DNA of 64,000 nt, from sequence record OP292222.1; one strand, written 5' to 3'. Positions 19,473 to 28,297 of the stretch are shown piece by piece; the first letter of the stretch is position 1, and each line of letters starts with the position of its first letter. This DNA is from Escherichia phage Esco_phi_B-01. Made by a program: the position numbers and the translations under genes. The notes beneath the pieces are model-generated. The model ran no database searches and was not told the origin of the DNA. It was given only the letters and a program-made list of their open reading frames with translations.

Positions 19473-20159
19473 ATGAACAGCCCGAAAACTTTTAATTCTC
19501 AAGCTCGTGCAGTAGGTAGTTTTGCCGGTAAAATTTCTAACGATAAAATCAAAAACGAAACTATGTTCTTCAACAGCTCGTTGGCTTTCGCTTTTGATAA
19601 TGGTGGCCCTATTACTCGCAGCTTCATCATGAACCTGCCGGATGATTGGAACACTGACCAGGTTGTATTTGATTCTCGAGTTCATATGCTTATGCCTGGT
19701 TGGTATCCTGCTATCCCAGGTTATCATCATGATGATGTACCACGTCCGGATATTCCGGTTGGTCAACACTTTATTACTGCAGGGCAACCTGATTATGATA
19801 ATCCTCGATACCATTCTGAACATATTCTTGGTCTTGTTAACGCTGATGTGTGTCCTACTTATTTTGCAACCGGAACTGCACAATTTAGCCAGATTCCTGA
19901 TGGCGAACTTATCTATCGCCGGTGGCATAAAGAAGTTCTGGAAAAAATCGAGTCCAATGAATTAACCAAGTGGGATGCTCCTGACCGCACATTGCTCCAG
20001 TTTGATTGGCAGACATGGCATACAGGTTCTCGTGCAGTAAGTAATGGCTGGCGCTGGTTTGGTCGTGTGTCTCGTAATACCGACCGTGTTAAAAAGATTA
20101 CAAATGAAATCCGCGTTAATGCTCAAGTATATCTGGAATTCCCTATGGAGGGCTGGTAA
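19473..20159 (+). CDS. hypothetical protein
   Basis: 228 aa; RBS GAGGAAAA upstream. Confidence 0.5.
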   Translation: MNSPKTFNSQARAVGSFAGKISNDKIKNETMFFNSSLAFAFDNGGPITRSFIMNLPDDWNTDQVVFDSRVHMLMPGWYPAIPGYHHDDVPRPDIPVGQHFITAGQPDYDNPRYHSEHILGLVNADVCPTYFATGTAQFSQIPDGELIYRRWHKEVLEKIESNELTKWDAPDRTLLQFDWQTWHTGSRAVSNGWRWFGRVSRNTDRVKKITNEIRVNAQVYLEFPMEGW

Positions 20160-20746
20160 TGGCCCTTTATGAACCTGGTTGCATGGGTGTTGATGTAAAC
20201 TTCATCCGTCGGTCAGAAAATGCCGGAATCATTATCCCAAGTGGTGAACATATGATTATTAAAAAGTCCTGGCGAAATATTGATGATGGGGATGAAGGAA
20301 TTTCAGCCAGTACAATAGATTGGTCGGGTTGTACTGCTGAAATGAAACAACTTTTAATTGAGGAATATAAAATGGGCTATATCGTAAATGGTTGGCAACC
20401 GGAACCCCATAAAGAACAGACACCAGACCCATTGATTTGTTATAGCAAAAAATACGGCTTTCGTACATGGAGTGATGAATACGACAAATTAGTGAGTTCT
20501 AGGTTCTATGTTTGGATGGGTATATTATTTTTCCCACTCCTAGGGTTTTTCCTGACAACAGATAATGACTTACCCATTAGTGTATTCGCTTCAGCGATGT
20601 CTGCAGCTATCTTAGGACTTATCGCATCATTTTTATGGACTGCAGTTATTGAAGTACCTTTTCGTATTTCTAAAGTTAAAAAGGTATATGACGATATCAC
20701 TAAGAAAAATACATTAAACTCTTTTATTGAGGAATGCCGTAAATGA
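20159..20746 (+). CDS. hypothetical protein with C-terminal membrane domain
   Basis: 195 aa; two TM helices near the C-terminus. Confidence 0.5.
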   Translation: MALYEPGCMGVDVNFIRRSENAGIIIPSGEHMIIKKSWRNIDDGDEGISASTIDWSGCTAEMKQLLIEEYKMGYIVNGWQPEPHKEQTPDPLICYSKKYGFRTWSDEYDKLVSSRFYVWMGILFFPLLGFFLTTDNDLPISVFASAMSAAILGLIASFLWTAVIEVPFRISKVKKVYDDITKKNTLNSFIEECRK

Positions 20747-20979
20747 GTATTGCTATTTACATTAAATCCGAATCGTGTGATTCATATCTGTATTCCTACG
20801 ACACAGGAACATCAGAAGAGAAAATCAAAGAAGATTTAGAAAGCGACTTGGATATGTTCCGACCTATTTCTGATTATATGGTCCAAATATCTGATAGTGA
20901 AAGTCCGTCAACAGAAACGTGTGTTGAAATTATTATACGAGATATTTTTGAACAATCATGGAAACGAGACGATGAGTAA
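20743..20979 (+). CDS. hypothetical acidic protein
   Basis: 78 aa, ATGA overlap. Confidence 0.45.
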   Translation: MSIAIYIKSESCDSYLYSYDTGTSEEKIKEDLESDLDMFRPISDYMVQISDSESPSTETCVEIIIRDIFEQSWKRDDE

Positions 20980-21418
20980 AGTTAAAGAATTATCTGCTGG
21001 TATTTTGTTCATGACCGCCGATAAAGAACTAGTTATGGGTCGTGTAACAGGCTCTCGTAATCCAGAGAACATGCGTCATAAATGGGACATTCCTAAAGGT
21101 CATGTCGAACCGGGTGAAGAGCCTATTCAAGCAGCAATGCGTGAAACCGAAGAAGAGATTGGATTCACAGCATACGATCCTGCGTTCCTGAAAGACCTAG
21201 GTGAGTTCAAATATTCAAGCAATAAGAATCTACATCTGTTCTTATATACTGTGCCTGTCGAACACGAGCAGTTCAAGAATTGCAAATGTACAGCTTACCA
21301 TACGTTCCCTGATGGTCGTACGATTCCTGAATTCGATGCTTTTGCCTTAATTAAACGTCCACAATGGAAATACGTCATGGGCCCGTCGATGTTTAAGGTT
21401 TTAGATTCACTCTTTTGA
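20972..21418 (+). CDS. nudE: Nudix hydrolase NudE
   Basis: Nudix box [23 protein letters not shown]; directly upstream of e as in T4. Confidence 0.8.
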   Translation: MSKVKELSAGILFMTADKELVMGRVTGSRNPENMRHKWDIPKGHVEPGEEPIQAAMRETEEEIGFTAYDPAFLKDLGEFKYSSNKNLHLFLYTVPVEHEQFKNCKCTAYHTFPDGRTIPEFDAFALIKRPQWKYVMGPSMFKVLDSLF

Positions 21419-21426
21419 TATAAATA
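21419..21426 (+). promoter_or_regulatory. late promoter TATAAATA of lysozyme gene e
   Basis: exact TATAAATA 23 nt upstream of the e ATG. Confidence 0.6.
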
Positions 21427-21448
21427 CCTCCTATAATCAGGAGGTATT
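21423..21448 (+). promoter_or_regulatory. RBS-sequestering hairpin of gene e
   Basis: AATACCTCCT-ATAATC-AGGAGGTATT; the 3' arm contains the SD AGGAGG. Confidence 0.6.
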
Positions 21449-21449
21449 T

Positions 21450-21938
21450 ATGGATATTTTTGATATGTTACGTCAAGACGAAGGTCTTGATTTAAATCTT
21501 TATAAAGACACCGAAGGTTATTGGACTATTGGTATAGGCCAGTTAGTTACCAAGAACCCATCTAAAGATGTTGCTCGCGCTGAACTTGATAAGCTTATGG
21601 GGCGAGTTTGTAATGGTCGTATTACTATGGCTGAAGCTGAACAGCTCTTTAACCGTTCAGTGGAAAATGCTCGTAGAGCTATAATGCGTAATCCTAAATT
21701 GAAACCGGTTTATGATGTGCTGGACGAAGTTCGTCGTTGCGCATTGATTAATATGGTCTTCCAAATGGGCGAAGCTGGTGTAGCAGGATTTACCAACTCT
21801 CTGCGTATGCTCCAACAGAAACGTTGGGATGATGCAGCAGTTAACCTGGCACAGTCTCGTTGGTACAAGCAAACCCCGAATCGTGCCAAGCGTGTTATCG
21901 CCACCTTTAAAACCGGTACTTGGGCTGCTTATAGATAA
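21450..21938 (+). CDS. e: endolysin (T4 lysozyme e homolog)
   Basis: [35 protein letters not shown] and [32 protein letters not shown] closely match T4 lysozyme. Confidence 0.9.
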   Translation: MDIFDMLRQDEGLDLNLYKDTEGYWTIGIGQLVTKNPSKDVARAELDKLMGRVCNGRITMAEAEQLFNRSVENARRAIMRNPKLKPVYDVLDEVRRCALINMVFQMGEAGVAGFTNSLRMLQQKRWDDAAVNLAQSRWYKQTPNRAKRVIATFKTGTWAAYR

Positions 21939-21942
21939 AGCA

Positions 21943-21985
21943 GTTTACATCTCCTAGAATTGTGATAGTATATCTACAGTTACTT
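21943..21985 (+). promoter_or_regulatory. PeSL-like early promoter
   Basis: GTTTAC 21943-21948, 17-nt spacer, TAGTAT 21966-21971. Confidence 0.5.
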
Positions 21986-22021
21986 GAACAAACTAATTAA
22001 ATTTACATTTGAAGGACCCGT

Positions 22022-22618
22022 ATGAAAACGTATAAAGAATTTATCACCGAAGCTACTGCAGGAAAGGTCAAAGGCATTAATAAAGATGAGTGGACTTACC
22101 GAGGAAACGGTGTTGACCGCATAGGAAACGGCTTTGACGCTAAAACAGCTCCTATTGAACGATACTTAGCTACAAAGGCTTCCGACTTTAAAGCTTTCGC
22201 TTGGGAAGGACTTCGCTGGCGTAACGATTTGAATATTGAAGCTGATGGACTTAAATTTGGCCATATTCAAGATGTTGTTGCTAGTAACTTAGACTCGGAC
22301 TTTATTAAAGCTGATGAATCCCTTCGTCGCTGGAATTTAAAACTGTTCTCTAAACAGAAAGGTCCGGTGTTTGTACCTAAAGCAGGTAAATGGACTATTG
22401 ATAATAAATTGGCTAAGGCTGTCAACTTCGCCGGACTTGAATTTGCCAAGCATAAATCAGCATGGAAAGGTCTTGATGCAATGGCTTTTCGTAAAGAATT
22501 TGCCGATGTTATGACTAAAGCCGGCTTTAAGGCAGAACTAGATACCTCTAAAGGTACGTTTAAAGACGCTAATATTCAGTACGCTTACGCCGTTGCTAAT
22601 GCAGCCCGTGGTAATTAA
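22022..22618 (+). CDS. internal protein (IPIII-like) with capsid targeting sequence
   Basis: MKTYKEFITEA N-terminus; 198 aa; sits between e and denV where T4 has ipIII/ipII. Confidence 0.6.
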   Translation: MKTYKEFITEATAGKVKGINKDEWTYRGNGVDRIGNGFDAKTAPIERYLATKASDFKAFAWEGLRWRNDLNIEADGLKFGHIQDVVASNLDSDFIKADESLRRWNLKLFSKQKGPVFVPKAGKWTIDNKLAKAVNFAGLEFAKHKSAWKGLDAMAFRKEFADVMTKAGFKAELDTSKGTFKDANIQYAYAVANAARGN

Positions 22619-22644
22619 TAAAGTCCTCTTATAGATAAAAAGTT

Positions 22645-22693
22645 GTTTACTTCTCCTGTAGGCATGATACTATAGACCTATCAACTACAGGAG
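22645..22693 (+). promoter_or_regulatory. PeSL early promoter cassette
   Basis: GTTTAC 22645-22650, TACTAT 22668-22673; inverted repeat CTCCTGTAG/CTACAGGAG with the SD in the 3' arm. Confidence 0.7.
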
Positions 22694-22699
22694 ATTAAA

Positions 22700-23116
22700 A
22701 TGACTCGTATCAACCTTACCTTAGTATCTGAATTGGCTGACCAACACTTAATGGCCGAATATCGTGAATTACCACGTGTTTTCGGTGCAGTTCGTAAGCA
22801 TGTTGCTAACGGTAAACGTGTTCGTGATTTTAAAATCAGCCCTACTTTTATCCTTGGCACAGGCCATGTTACATTCTTTTATGATAAGCTTGAATTTTTA
22901 CGTAAGCGTCAAATTGAGCTTATAGCCGAATGTTTAAAACGTGGCTTTAATATCAAGGATACTACAGTCCAGGACATTAGTGATATTCCTCAGGAATTCC
23001 GTGGTGATTATGTTCCTCACGAAGCTTCTATCGCTATTTCACAAGCCCGTTTGGATGAAAAAATTGCACAACGCCCTACCTGGTACAAACATTATGGTAA
23101 GGCGATTTATGCATAA
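22700..23116 (+). CDS. denV: endonuclease V, pyrimidine dimer DNA glycosylase DenV
   Basis: 138 aa, essentially identical over its length to T4 DenV as I recall it. Confidence 0.9.
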   Translation: MTRINLTLVSELADQHLMAEYRELPRVFGAVRKHVANGKRVRDFKISPTFILGTGHVTFFYDKLEFLRKRQIELIAECLKRGFNIKDTTVQDISDIPQEFRGDYVPHEASIAISQARLDEKIAQRPTWYKHYGKAIYA

Positions 23117-23155
23117 GGGAGCAACCTGGACCTCACAATTCTGTGAGGGACTCCC
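23117..23155 (+). other. nested GC-rich stem-loop directly after denV
   Basis: GGGAG-CAACCTGGA-[CCTCACA-ATTC-TGTGAGG]-GA-CTCCC; no T run follows. Confidence 0.4.
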
Positions 23156-23254
23156 GCCAACCTGTAATAAGGTCGAGCCCAAGTGCGGTAATGGGTAAAT
23201 GCAGAAATGGATGAATTAATGTGCCAAGGAGTGGCCCACAACTAAGAGACAATT

Positions 23255-23800
23255 ATGAAAACGTTTTTAACTGGTAGTTACCTATCCCTGATGAATGCTT
23301 TTGCAAACCATTCTGATGCTAGAGTAGAACACATTTGTAATAGTGGGTTTTATGTACCTGATTCACAAACCCTGTTTAAAGAATGCTGCACCCTAAAACT
23401 TGATGGTGGGCGCCAATCTGGTAAAACAAGGGCAGTATCCATTTTTGCGTCTGATTGGCTCGCAGGTGGTGGGACTGTAATTATTTTGTCTAATTGCGCC
23501 GCGTATGCTAATGTTTCGGCTACTGCAATCCGAAAGGAATATTTTAATAACCATACAGAAAGTATTAAGTACCGTTTGTACACTGATTCTGTTCGTAGTT
23601 TTATTGGTAACACTGCATGTAAATTCCGTGGATTATCACTTTCACGGGTTCTGTATATAATTGATGAGCCTGTTAAAACACCCGATATGGATAAGATTTA
23701 TGATGCCCATATAAAGGTGGTGCAACATTGCTGTCGTGCATCATGTGAAGAAAGCAATCAAACTACTCGCCCTCTGTTCTTTGTGATAGGAATGCAATGA
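23255..23800 (+). CDS. hypothetical P-loop NTPase-like protein
   Basis: Walker-A-like GGRQSGKT and Walker-B-like LYIIDEP. Confidence 0.45.
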   Translation: MKTFLTGSYLSLMNAFANHSDARVEHICNSGFYVPDSQTLFKECCTLKLDGGRQSGKTRAVSIFASDWLAGGGTVIILSNCAAYANVSATAIRKEYFNNHTESIKYRLYTDSVRSFIGNTACKFRGLSLSRVLYIIDEPVKTPDMDKIYDAHIKVVQHCCRASCEESNQTTRPLFFVIGMQ

Positions 23801-24093
23801 TGACCGATGAAGAACTTTTTGAGTTCTGTTATTTCTCACGTAAGGTTCGAAGAGAGGACCTTACTACAAACTTTGAGCATGCTTATTTCTACCCATTAGA
23901 ATATGTATTCATGTCAGGGCCCTTTAAGGGCTCTCGTTTTAGATGCCACGCTCCTAGTATCCGATTAATGAAACAGGTTCCTTACTTCACCCTCGAGTTC
24001 ATCTCTGGGCCTTGTAAGGGTATTATTACTCGCAGTCTCTTGACGTATGACCAAGAGATTCATATGATTTCTGACTGGAAAAAATATGTCTAA
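23797..24093 (+). CDS. hypothetical protein with internal repeat
   Basis: 98 aa; two similar segments (SGPFKGSRFRC / SGPCKGIITRS). Confidence 0.45.
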   Translation: MMTDEELFEFCYFSRKVRREDLTTNFEHAYFYPLEYVFMSGPFKGSRFRCHAPSIRLMKQVPYFTLEFISGPCKGIITRSLLTYDQEIHMISDWKKYV

Positions 24094-24304
24094 ATTGACA
24101 ATTGAAGGCTCTGATGAAGCTTTGAAGATGTTTGTTGACTGGTTCCATGAACAAGGCGAACAAGGCTTTATGGAATGTTGGGACGGCGGCCAATGGAATG
24201 GTAAAGAAACTGTTTACCCGACTACGTATATCTCTGTTAGTGGTGGATATGACGGCCTTCGTTTTGTAGAATATGATATTGCATCTGATGAGGAAGTGAA
24301 ATGA
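24086..24304 (+). CDS. hypothetical protein
   Basis: 72 aa, overlapping stops. Confidence 0.45.
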   Translation: MSKLTIEGSDEALKMFVDWFHEQGEQGFMECWDGGQWNGKETVYPTTYISVSGGYDGLRFVEYDIASDEEVK

Positions 24305-24579
24305 TTGAAGATATCAAAGGTTACAAGCCACATACCGACGATAAAATCAGTAAAGTGAATGCCATTAAAGATGCTGAAGTTCGATTAGGCTTAATCTTTA
24401 AAGCATTAGAAGAAGAATACGTTGAAGCCTTTACATGCTCAGGTGTTGATAAAATGAGTGATGAAGAATTCGACCTCACTCATGAACGTCTCGCCCAGAT
24501 TCGTACGGCAATCGAACGCTTGAAAGAAGCTTCTATGTGGGCCTGCCGTTCCGTTTTCCAACCTGAAGAAAAATACTAA
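24301..24579 (+). CDS. hypothetical protein
   Basis: 92 aa. Confidence 0.45.
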   Translation: MIEDIKGYKPHTDDKISKVNAIKDAEVRLGLIFKALEEEYVEAFTCSGVDKMSDEEFDLTHERLAQIRTAIERLKEASMWACRSVFQPEEKY

Positions 24580-24584
24580 AAGCA

Positions 24585-24634
24585 GTTTACATCTCCTGTA
24601 GACGTGGTACTATAGACCTATCAACTACAGGAGA
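24585..24634 (+). promoter_or_regulatory. PeSL early promoter cassette
   Basis: GTTTAC 24585-24590, TACTAT 24608-24613; inverted repeat CTCCTGTAG/CTACAGGAG. Confidence 0.7.
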
Positions 24635-24641
24635 TTACAAA

Positions 24642-25100
24642 ATGTCAGAAATTAATTCAGAAGTATTCATCCGCCGCAACAAATTACGTCGTCAGTTCGA
24701 AACCGAATTTCGTGAACTTAACGCGTCCATCAAAAAAGCCGCCATTAAGAGCGGTGTCCCAGCTTTCTTTATTAAGTACTCTAATCACTTGTTGGACCGT
24801 GCTATCCAACGTGAAATTGACGAAAAATATGTTTTCTCTTTGTTCAAGAAGCTCCATAATCATGTTAAAGAAATCCATGAATTTTTAATCCAGGAGCCTC
24901 TTCCTGACGTAGAATCTGAAATTATCCCAGGTAAGGTGTATCGTCCACTGCGTCTCGAGATTACCGATAAAACCTTATGGTTGGGTATGACCGTAGATCG
25001 TAAACATCCTGATAAAGGATATTCATTAAAATGTCGTATGGCATTTGTTAACTCTAAACGTTTAGAAGGTAAAACCAGCACGAAAGTAATCTATCTTTAA
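24642..25100 (+). CDS. hypothetical protein
   Basis: 152 aa. Confidence 0.5.
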   Translation: MSEINSEVFIRRNKLRRQFETEFRELNASIKKAAIKSGVPAFFIKYSNHLLDRAIQREIDEKYVFSLFKKLHNHVKEIHEFLIQEPLPDVESEIIPGKVYRPLRLEITDKTLWLGMTVDRKHPDKGYSLKCRMAFVNSKRLEGKTSTKVIYL

Positions 25101-25112
25101 TAATGAGGTCTC

Positions 25113-25652
25113 ATGAAAAAAGTATTAGCCACTTTACTATTGACAGTTAGTATGTCTGCCTATAGCGTAGAGCCTACTTTCAGTAATGAACAACTCGATA
25201 ATTTACATTATGCGTATGCTTTCGGTGAACAATACCAAAAGTCGGGAAAGTTCAAAGAAAACCCTAATCAAAAAGGATTAGGATATATAATGGCCGGATT
25301 ATTATGGCAGGAATCGTCTGCCGGAATTAATCAAGGTTTAAATAAAGATAAGCACCATGCTTATGGCATGTTCCAAAATTACTTGCCTACGTTAAGAAGT
25401 CGTGTTCAACAGGTAGGTTGGAAGATGTCAGACAAAGAAATAATTCGTATGGTCCAAAAACGACAGAACAGTGCCTCTTGGGCCTACATTGAGCTGTCTT
25501 ATTGGATTAATGTTCACAAAGGTGACCTGAGAAAAGCGATTGCTTCTTATAATGCGGGCTGGAATGTCAAAGCAGGCAGTAAATATGCTTCCGAAGTTCT
25601 AGAAAAGGCCAATTACCTAAAATCTAAAAAGATGTTTGAGGCGGTATATTAA
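25113..25652 (+). CDS. secreted lytic-transglycosylase-like protein (hypothetical)
   Basis: N-terminal signal peptide; WQESSAG and YNAGWN resemble SLT-domain catalytic motifs. Confidence 0.45.
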   Translation: MKKVLATLLLTVSMSAYSVEPTFSNEQLDNLHYAYAFGEQYQKSGKFKENPNQKGLGYIMAGLLWQESSAGINQGLNKDKHHAYGMFQNYLPTLRSRVQQVGWKMSDKEIIRMVQKRQNSASWAYIELSYWINVHKGDLRKAIASYNAGWNVKAGSKYASEVLEKANYLKSKKMFEAVY

Positions 25653-26009
25653 ATGATTAAACAGATGACTATAGCGCTTATGTTGATTGCTCCGGGAGTA
25701 TTAGCATCACAGGTTGATGATACAAATAATTCAATTGTCGAGTATGCCACCCGTACAGCAAAAGATTATTGTCATCCGAGTAATACTGAATGTGTTATTG
25801 AATTCAGTTCAAAAATAACAGCTGCTTTTAAAGATGGACAGAACGACGTCGAGCATCGCCGAATGAAAGAGAAAACTCTTTCTAAAAGATACGAGCAACG
25901 TCTAAACGTTACTGAATGTGTTCCGTCTGATAAAAAGTACAAAGAAATGTGCGCGTCTATGGTAGACAGACTCGTTGACTCTTACAACCGAGGGCTAAAC
26001 TCTAAATGA
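25653..26009 (+). CDS. secreted Cys-containing protein (hypothetical)
   Basis: signal peptide MIKQMTIALMLIAPGVLAS; 118 aa. Confidence 0.45.
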   Translation: MIKQMTIALMLIAPGVLASQVDDTNNSIVEYATRTAKDYCHPSNTECVIEFSSKITAAFKDGQNDVEHRRMKEKTLSKRYEQRLNVTECVPSDKKYKEMCASMVDRLVDSYNRGLNSK

Positions 26010-26485
26010 TTATTGATTATATTAAGGGCGATATCGTCGCCCTGTTTCTTCAAGGTAATATTATTGCACACGGGTGCAACTGTTTTCATACTATGGGTTC
26101 AGGTGTTGCCGGTCAATTAGCAAGGGCCTATCCTAAAATATTAGAAATTGATAAGACCACTACTGAATACGGTTCTCGTGATAAATTAGGCGACATGTCT
26201 ATTGTTTTTAAACATAAGCCTAATGGATTTGCAATGTGCTATAATTTATACACCCAATACGAACCAGGCCCTAATCTTGATTACGGTGCTTTAGTAAACT
26301 GTATGATAGAATTAAATCTACAAGCAAACGACCTTTTGTTTAAACCAAGAATTTATATTCCTCGTATAGGTTGTGGTATTGCTGGCGGTGATTGGGACAA
26401 GGTTTCTAAATTAATCGACATGTTTACTCCTGATATTGATTTAATAGTGGTGGATTATGAAAGCACATTACCCACATCCGTTTGA
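26006..26485 (+). CDS. macrodomain-like protein (predicted ADP-ribose binding/processing)
   Basis: GNIIAHGCNCFHTMGSGVAGQLARAYP resembles the macrodomain N-C-x-x-x-M-G-x-G-[IV]-A signature; later GCGIAGGDW. Confidence 0.5.
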   Translation: MIIDYIKGDIVALFLQGNIIAHGCNCFHTMGSGVAGQLARAYPKILEIDKTTTEYGSRDKLGDMSIVFKHKPNGFAMCYNLYTQYEPGPNLDYGALVNCMIELNLQANDLLFKPRIYIPRIGCGIAGGDWDKVSKLIDMFTPDIDLIVVDYESTLPTSV

Positions 26486-26669
26486 CCCTAAAAACAAAGC
26501 GGAAATTATTCGGCACTGGACCGAAACCCGAGTAACTAAATGCCCTATAAAAAGTCAGCATAACACCGATAAATGGTATATTGGTGAATACGTTGAATAT
26601 ACTTTTATAGATAAAAATAAACGTAAACAGCATGTAGAAGAATATTGCTTAAAGGTGCAATGGTTATGA
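26457..26669 (+). CDS. hypothetical protein
   Basis: 70 aa. Confidence 0.4.
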   Translation: MKAHYPHPFDPKNKAEIIRHWTETRVTKCPIKSQHNTDKWYIGEYVEYTFIDKNKRKQHVEEYCLKVQWL

Positions 26670-26872
26670 GCCAAGCCCGAATTCTTAAAACGGCCAAATG
26701 TGAAAAATGCGAATGGCCAGTAATAGCCGCTTTATGCAACGATGAAATGGAATGTGAATTTGATTACTGGTGGTACTGTTCTAATAAAGGATGTTCTAAT
26801 CATAAGGGTGAAGGTTTTCATTCCGGTTATTGCGAACATCCTAAATTTGTGCGATATGGGGAACCCAAATGA
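26666..26872 (+). CDS. Cys-rich small protein (possible zinc binding)
   Basis: CEKCEWP...CNDEMECEF...CSNKGCSNH...CEHP; ATGA overlap. Confidence 0.45.
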   Translation: MSQARILKTAKCEKCEWPVIAALCNDEMECEFDYWWYCSNKGCSNHKGEGFHSGYCEHPKFVRYGEPK

Positions 26873-27042
26873 GTTTGAGTAAAGAACAGAAAGACAAATT
26901 GTTTGAGCTTATCCATGAGCTCATGGAACTTAATATAGAATGTGAATTTGATAACTCTCTGGACTGGGATTGGAGAGGTGACGAAGAGGATGAGTTTTCT
27001 AAAAAGGAAAACGAATTAATAGCTTATGTGAATACGCTTTAA
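26869..27042 (+). CDS. hypothetical small acidic protein
   Basis: 57 aa ORF below the track cutoff; ATGA overlap with upstream stop. Confidence 0.35.
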   Translation: MSLSKEQKDKLFELIHELMELNIECEFDNSLDWDWRGDEEDEFSKKENELIAYVNTL

Positions 27043-27051
27043 GAAGGTAAT

Positions 27052-27624
27052 ATGGCTCAACTTTATTTTCATTATGCGGCAATGAACTCAGGTAAGACCG
27101 CTTCATTGCTAACGGCCGCTCATAACTACAAAGAACGCGGTATGGGCGTGCTCCTTTTAAAGCCTGCGATAGACAATAGAGAATCAAGCCATACCATTTC
27201 GTCTCGTATAGGGATTAGTCAAGAGGCTAATGCAGTGACTCCGGATATGGACCTATACGAGTTCTATCGTTGGGCTGAATCTCAAAAAGATATCCACTGT
27301 GTGTTTGTGGATGAAGCCCAGTTCTTAGAACCTGCACAGATAAAACAACTGGCAAAGATAGTAGACAATTATAATGTTCCGGTTATGTGTTACGGGCTAA
27401 GAACTGATTTTCAGGGTAAACTGTTTCCTGGTTCTGCTGAATTACTCGCTACGGCAGATAAACTCGTTGAGTACAAAGGTGTGTGCCATTGCGGCCGTAA
27501 AGCTACTATGACTGCTAGGGTCCAAGATGGTGTCGCAATTAAGGACGGAGCCCAAGTTTCTATAGGTGGCAACGATTCTTACGTGTCATTGTGCAGGAAG
27601 CACTGGATAGAAATAACGAGTTGA
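27052..27624 (+). CDS. tk: thymidine kinase
   Basis: MAQLYFHYAAMNSGKTASLL P-loop; C-terminal CHCGRKAT...SLCRKHW zinc site typical of type II thymidine kinases. Confidence 0.9.
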   Translation: MAQLYFHYAAMNSGKTASLLTAAHNYKERGMGVLLLKPAIDNRESSHTISSRIGISQEANAVTPDMDLYEFYRWAESQKDIHCVFVDEAQFLEPAQIKQLAKIVDNYNVPVMCYGLRTDFQGKLFPGSAELLATADKLVEYKGVCHCGRKATMTARVQDGVAIKDGAQVSIGGNDSYVSLCRKHWIEITS

Positions 27625-27631
27625 GGGTACT

Positions 27632-27910
27632 ATGGACCTAAATTCAAAGATTTTAATTCTAGCGTTCGCTGTGGCCATCTCTTATATTGTTCTTTCGCCC
27701 ATCATGGATGATGCGGCTTACAAAAGAGAGATAGAAGTTGTAGCAGCGACGTATAATGCTAATAATAAAGAATGTCCTAATAAAAATGGAGTGGATTTAA
27801 TTAAAGCACATTATATGCTTTCTATTACCTCGCCTATACAGAGGAATTGGGTTGAATATAATTTTAACGACGTGTTCTATTCTTATTGTCGTAAGCTTAA
27901 AAAGCTATAA
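27632..27910 (+). CDS. hypothetical membrane-anchored protein
   Basis: N-terminal TM helix; 92 aa. Confidence 0.45.
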   Translation: MDLNSKILILAFAVAISYIVLSPIMDDAAYKREIEVVAATYNANNKECPNKNGVDLIKAHYMLSITSPIQRNWVEYNFNDVFYSYCRKLKKL

Positions 27911-28003
27911 ATAGTAATACTAACCGTAGAGCTTTAGCTTTTGGTAATCGCTATCGGTTAAGGCCGAAAGGCAAATTCGTATAAAATAACAAAGGACTTT
28001 TGT

Positions 28004-28297
28004 ATGGGTATTTTCCGTACAGTGGCTTGTATCCTTATGATTGGATGTTTAAGCCCGACATCTTCACTAGCAAACAAATCCGACCCTAAATTGATGGACG
28101 CCTTTGCTAGTAGTGCGATGCCAGTTTATGCGCAAATGAGTAAACCTAGTGTAAAGGCCTCCGAAGACTACTGGGCTTATGTAACTGCTTCTTGGAAAAT
28201 TTCAAATTGCAATACAATAGAGTCTTGCTCGATTGAAGGTCGGGCTATCGGAGAACGATACGCTAAACTAATGAAGGTAGATGATGAAATTCAATGA
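28004..28297 (+). CDS. rI: lysis inhibition regulator rI-like
   Basis: 97 aa, signal-anchor N-terminus, conserved Cys pair; same size as T4 RI; next to tk. Confidence 0.6.
   Translation: MGIFRTVACILMIGCLSPTSSLANKSDPKLMDAFASSAMPVYAQMSKPSVKASEDYWAYVTASWKISNCNTIESCSIEGRAIGERYAKLMKVDDEIQ

Noticed and set aside
22941-23198. ORF 22941-23198 overlapping the denV 3' end and the downstream stem-loop
   Set aside because: Out of frame with denV and without RBS; more likely explained by the structured non-coding element.
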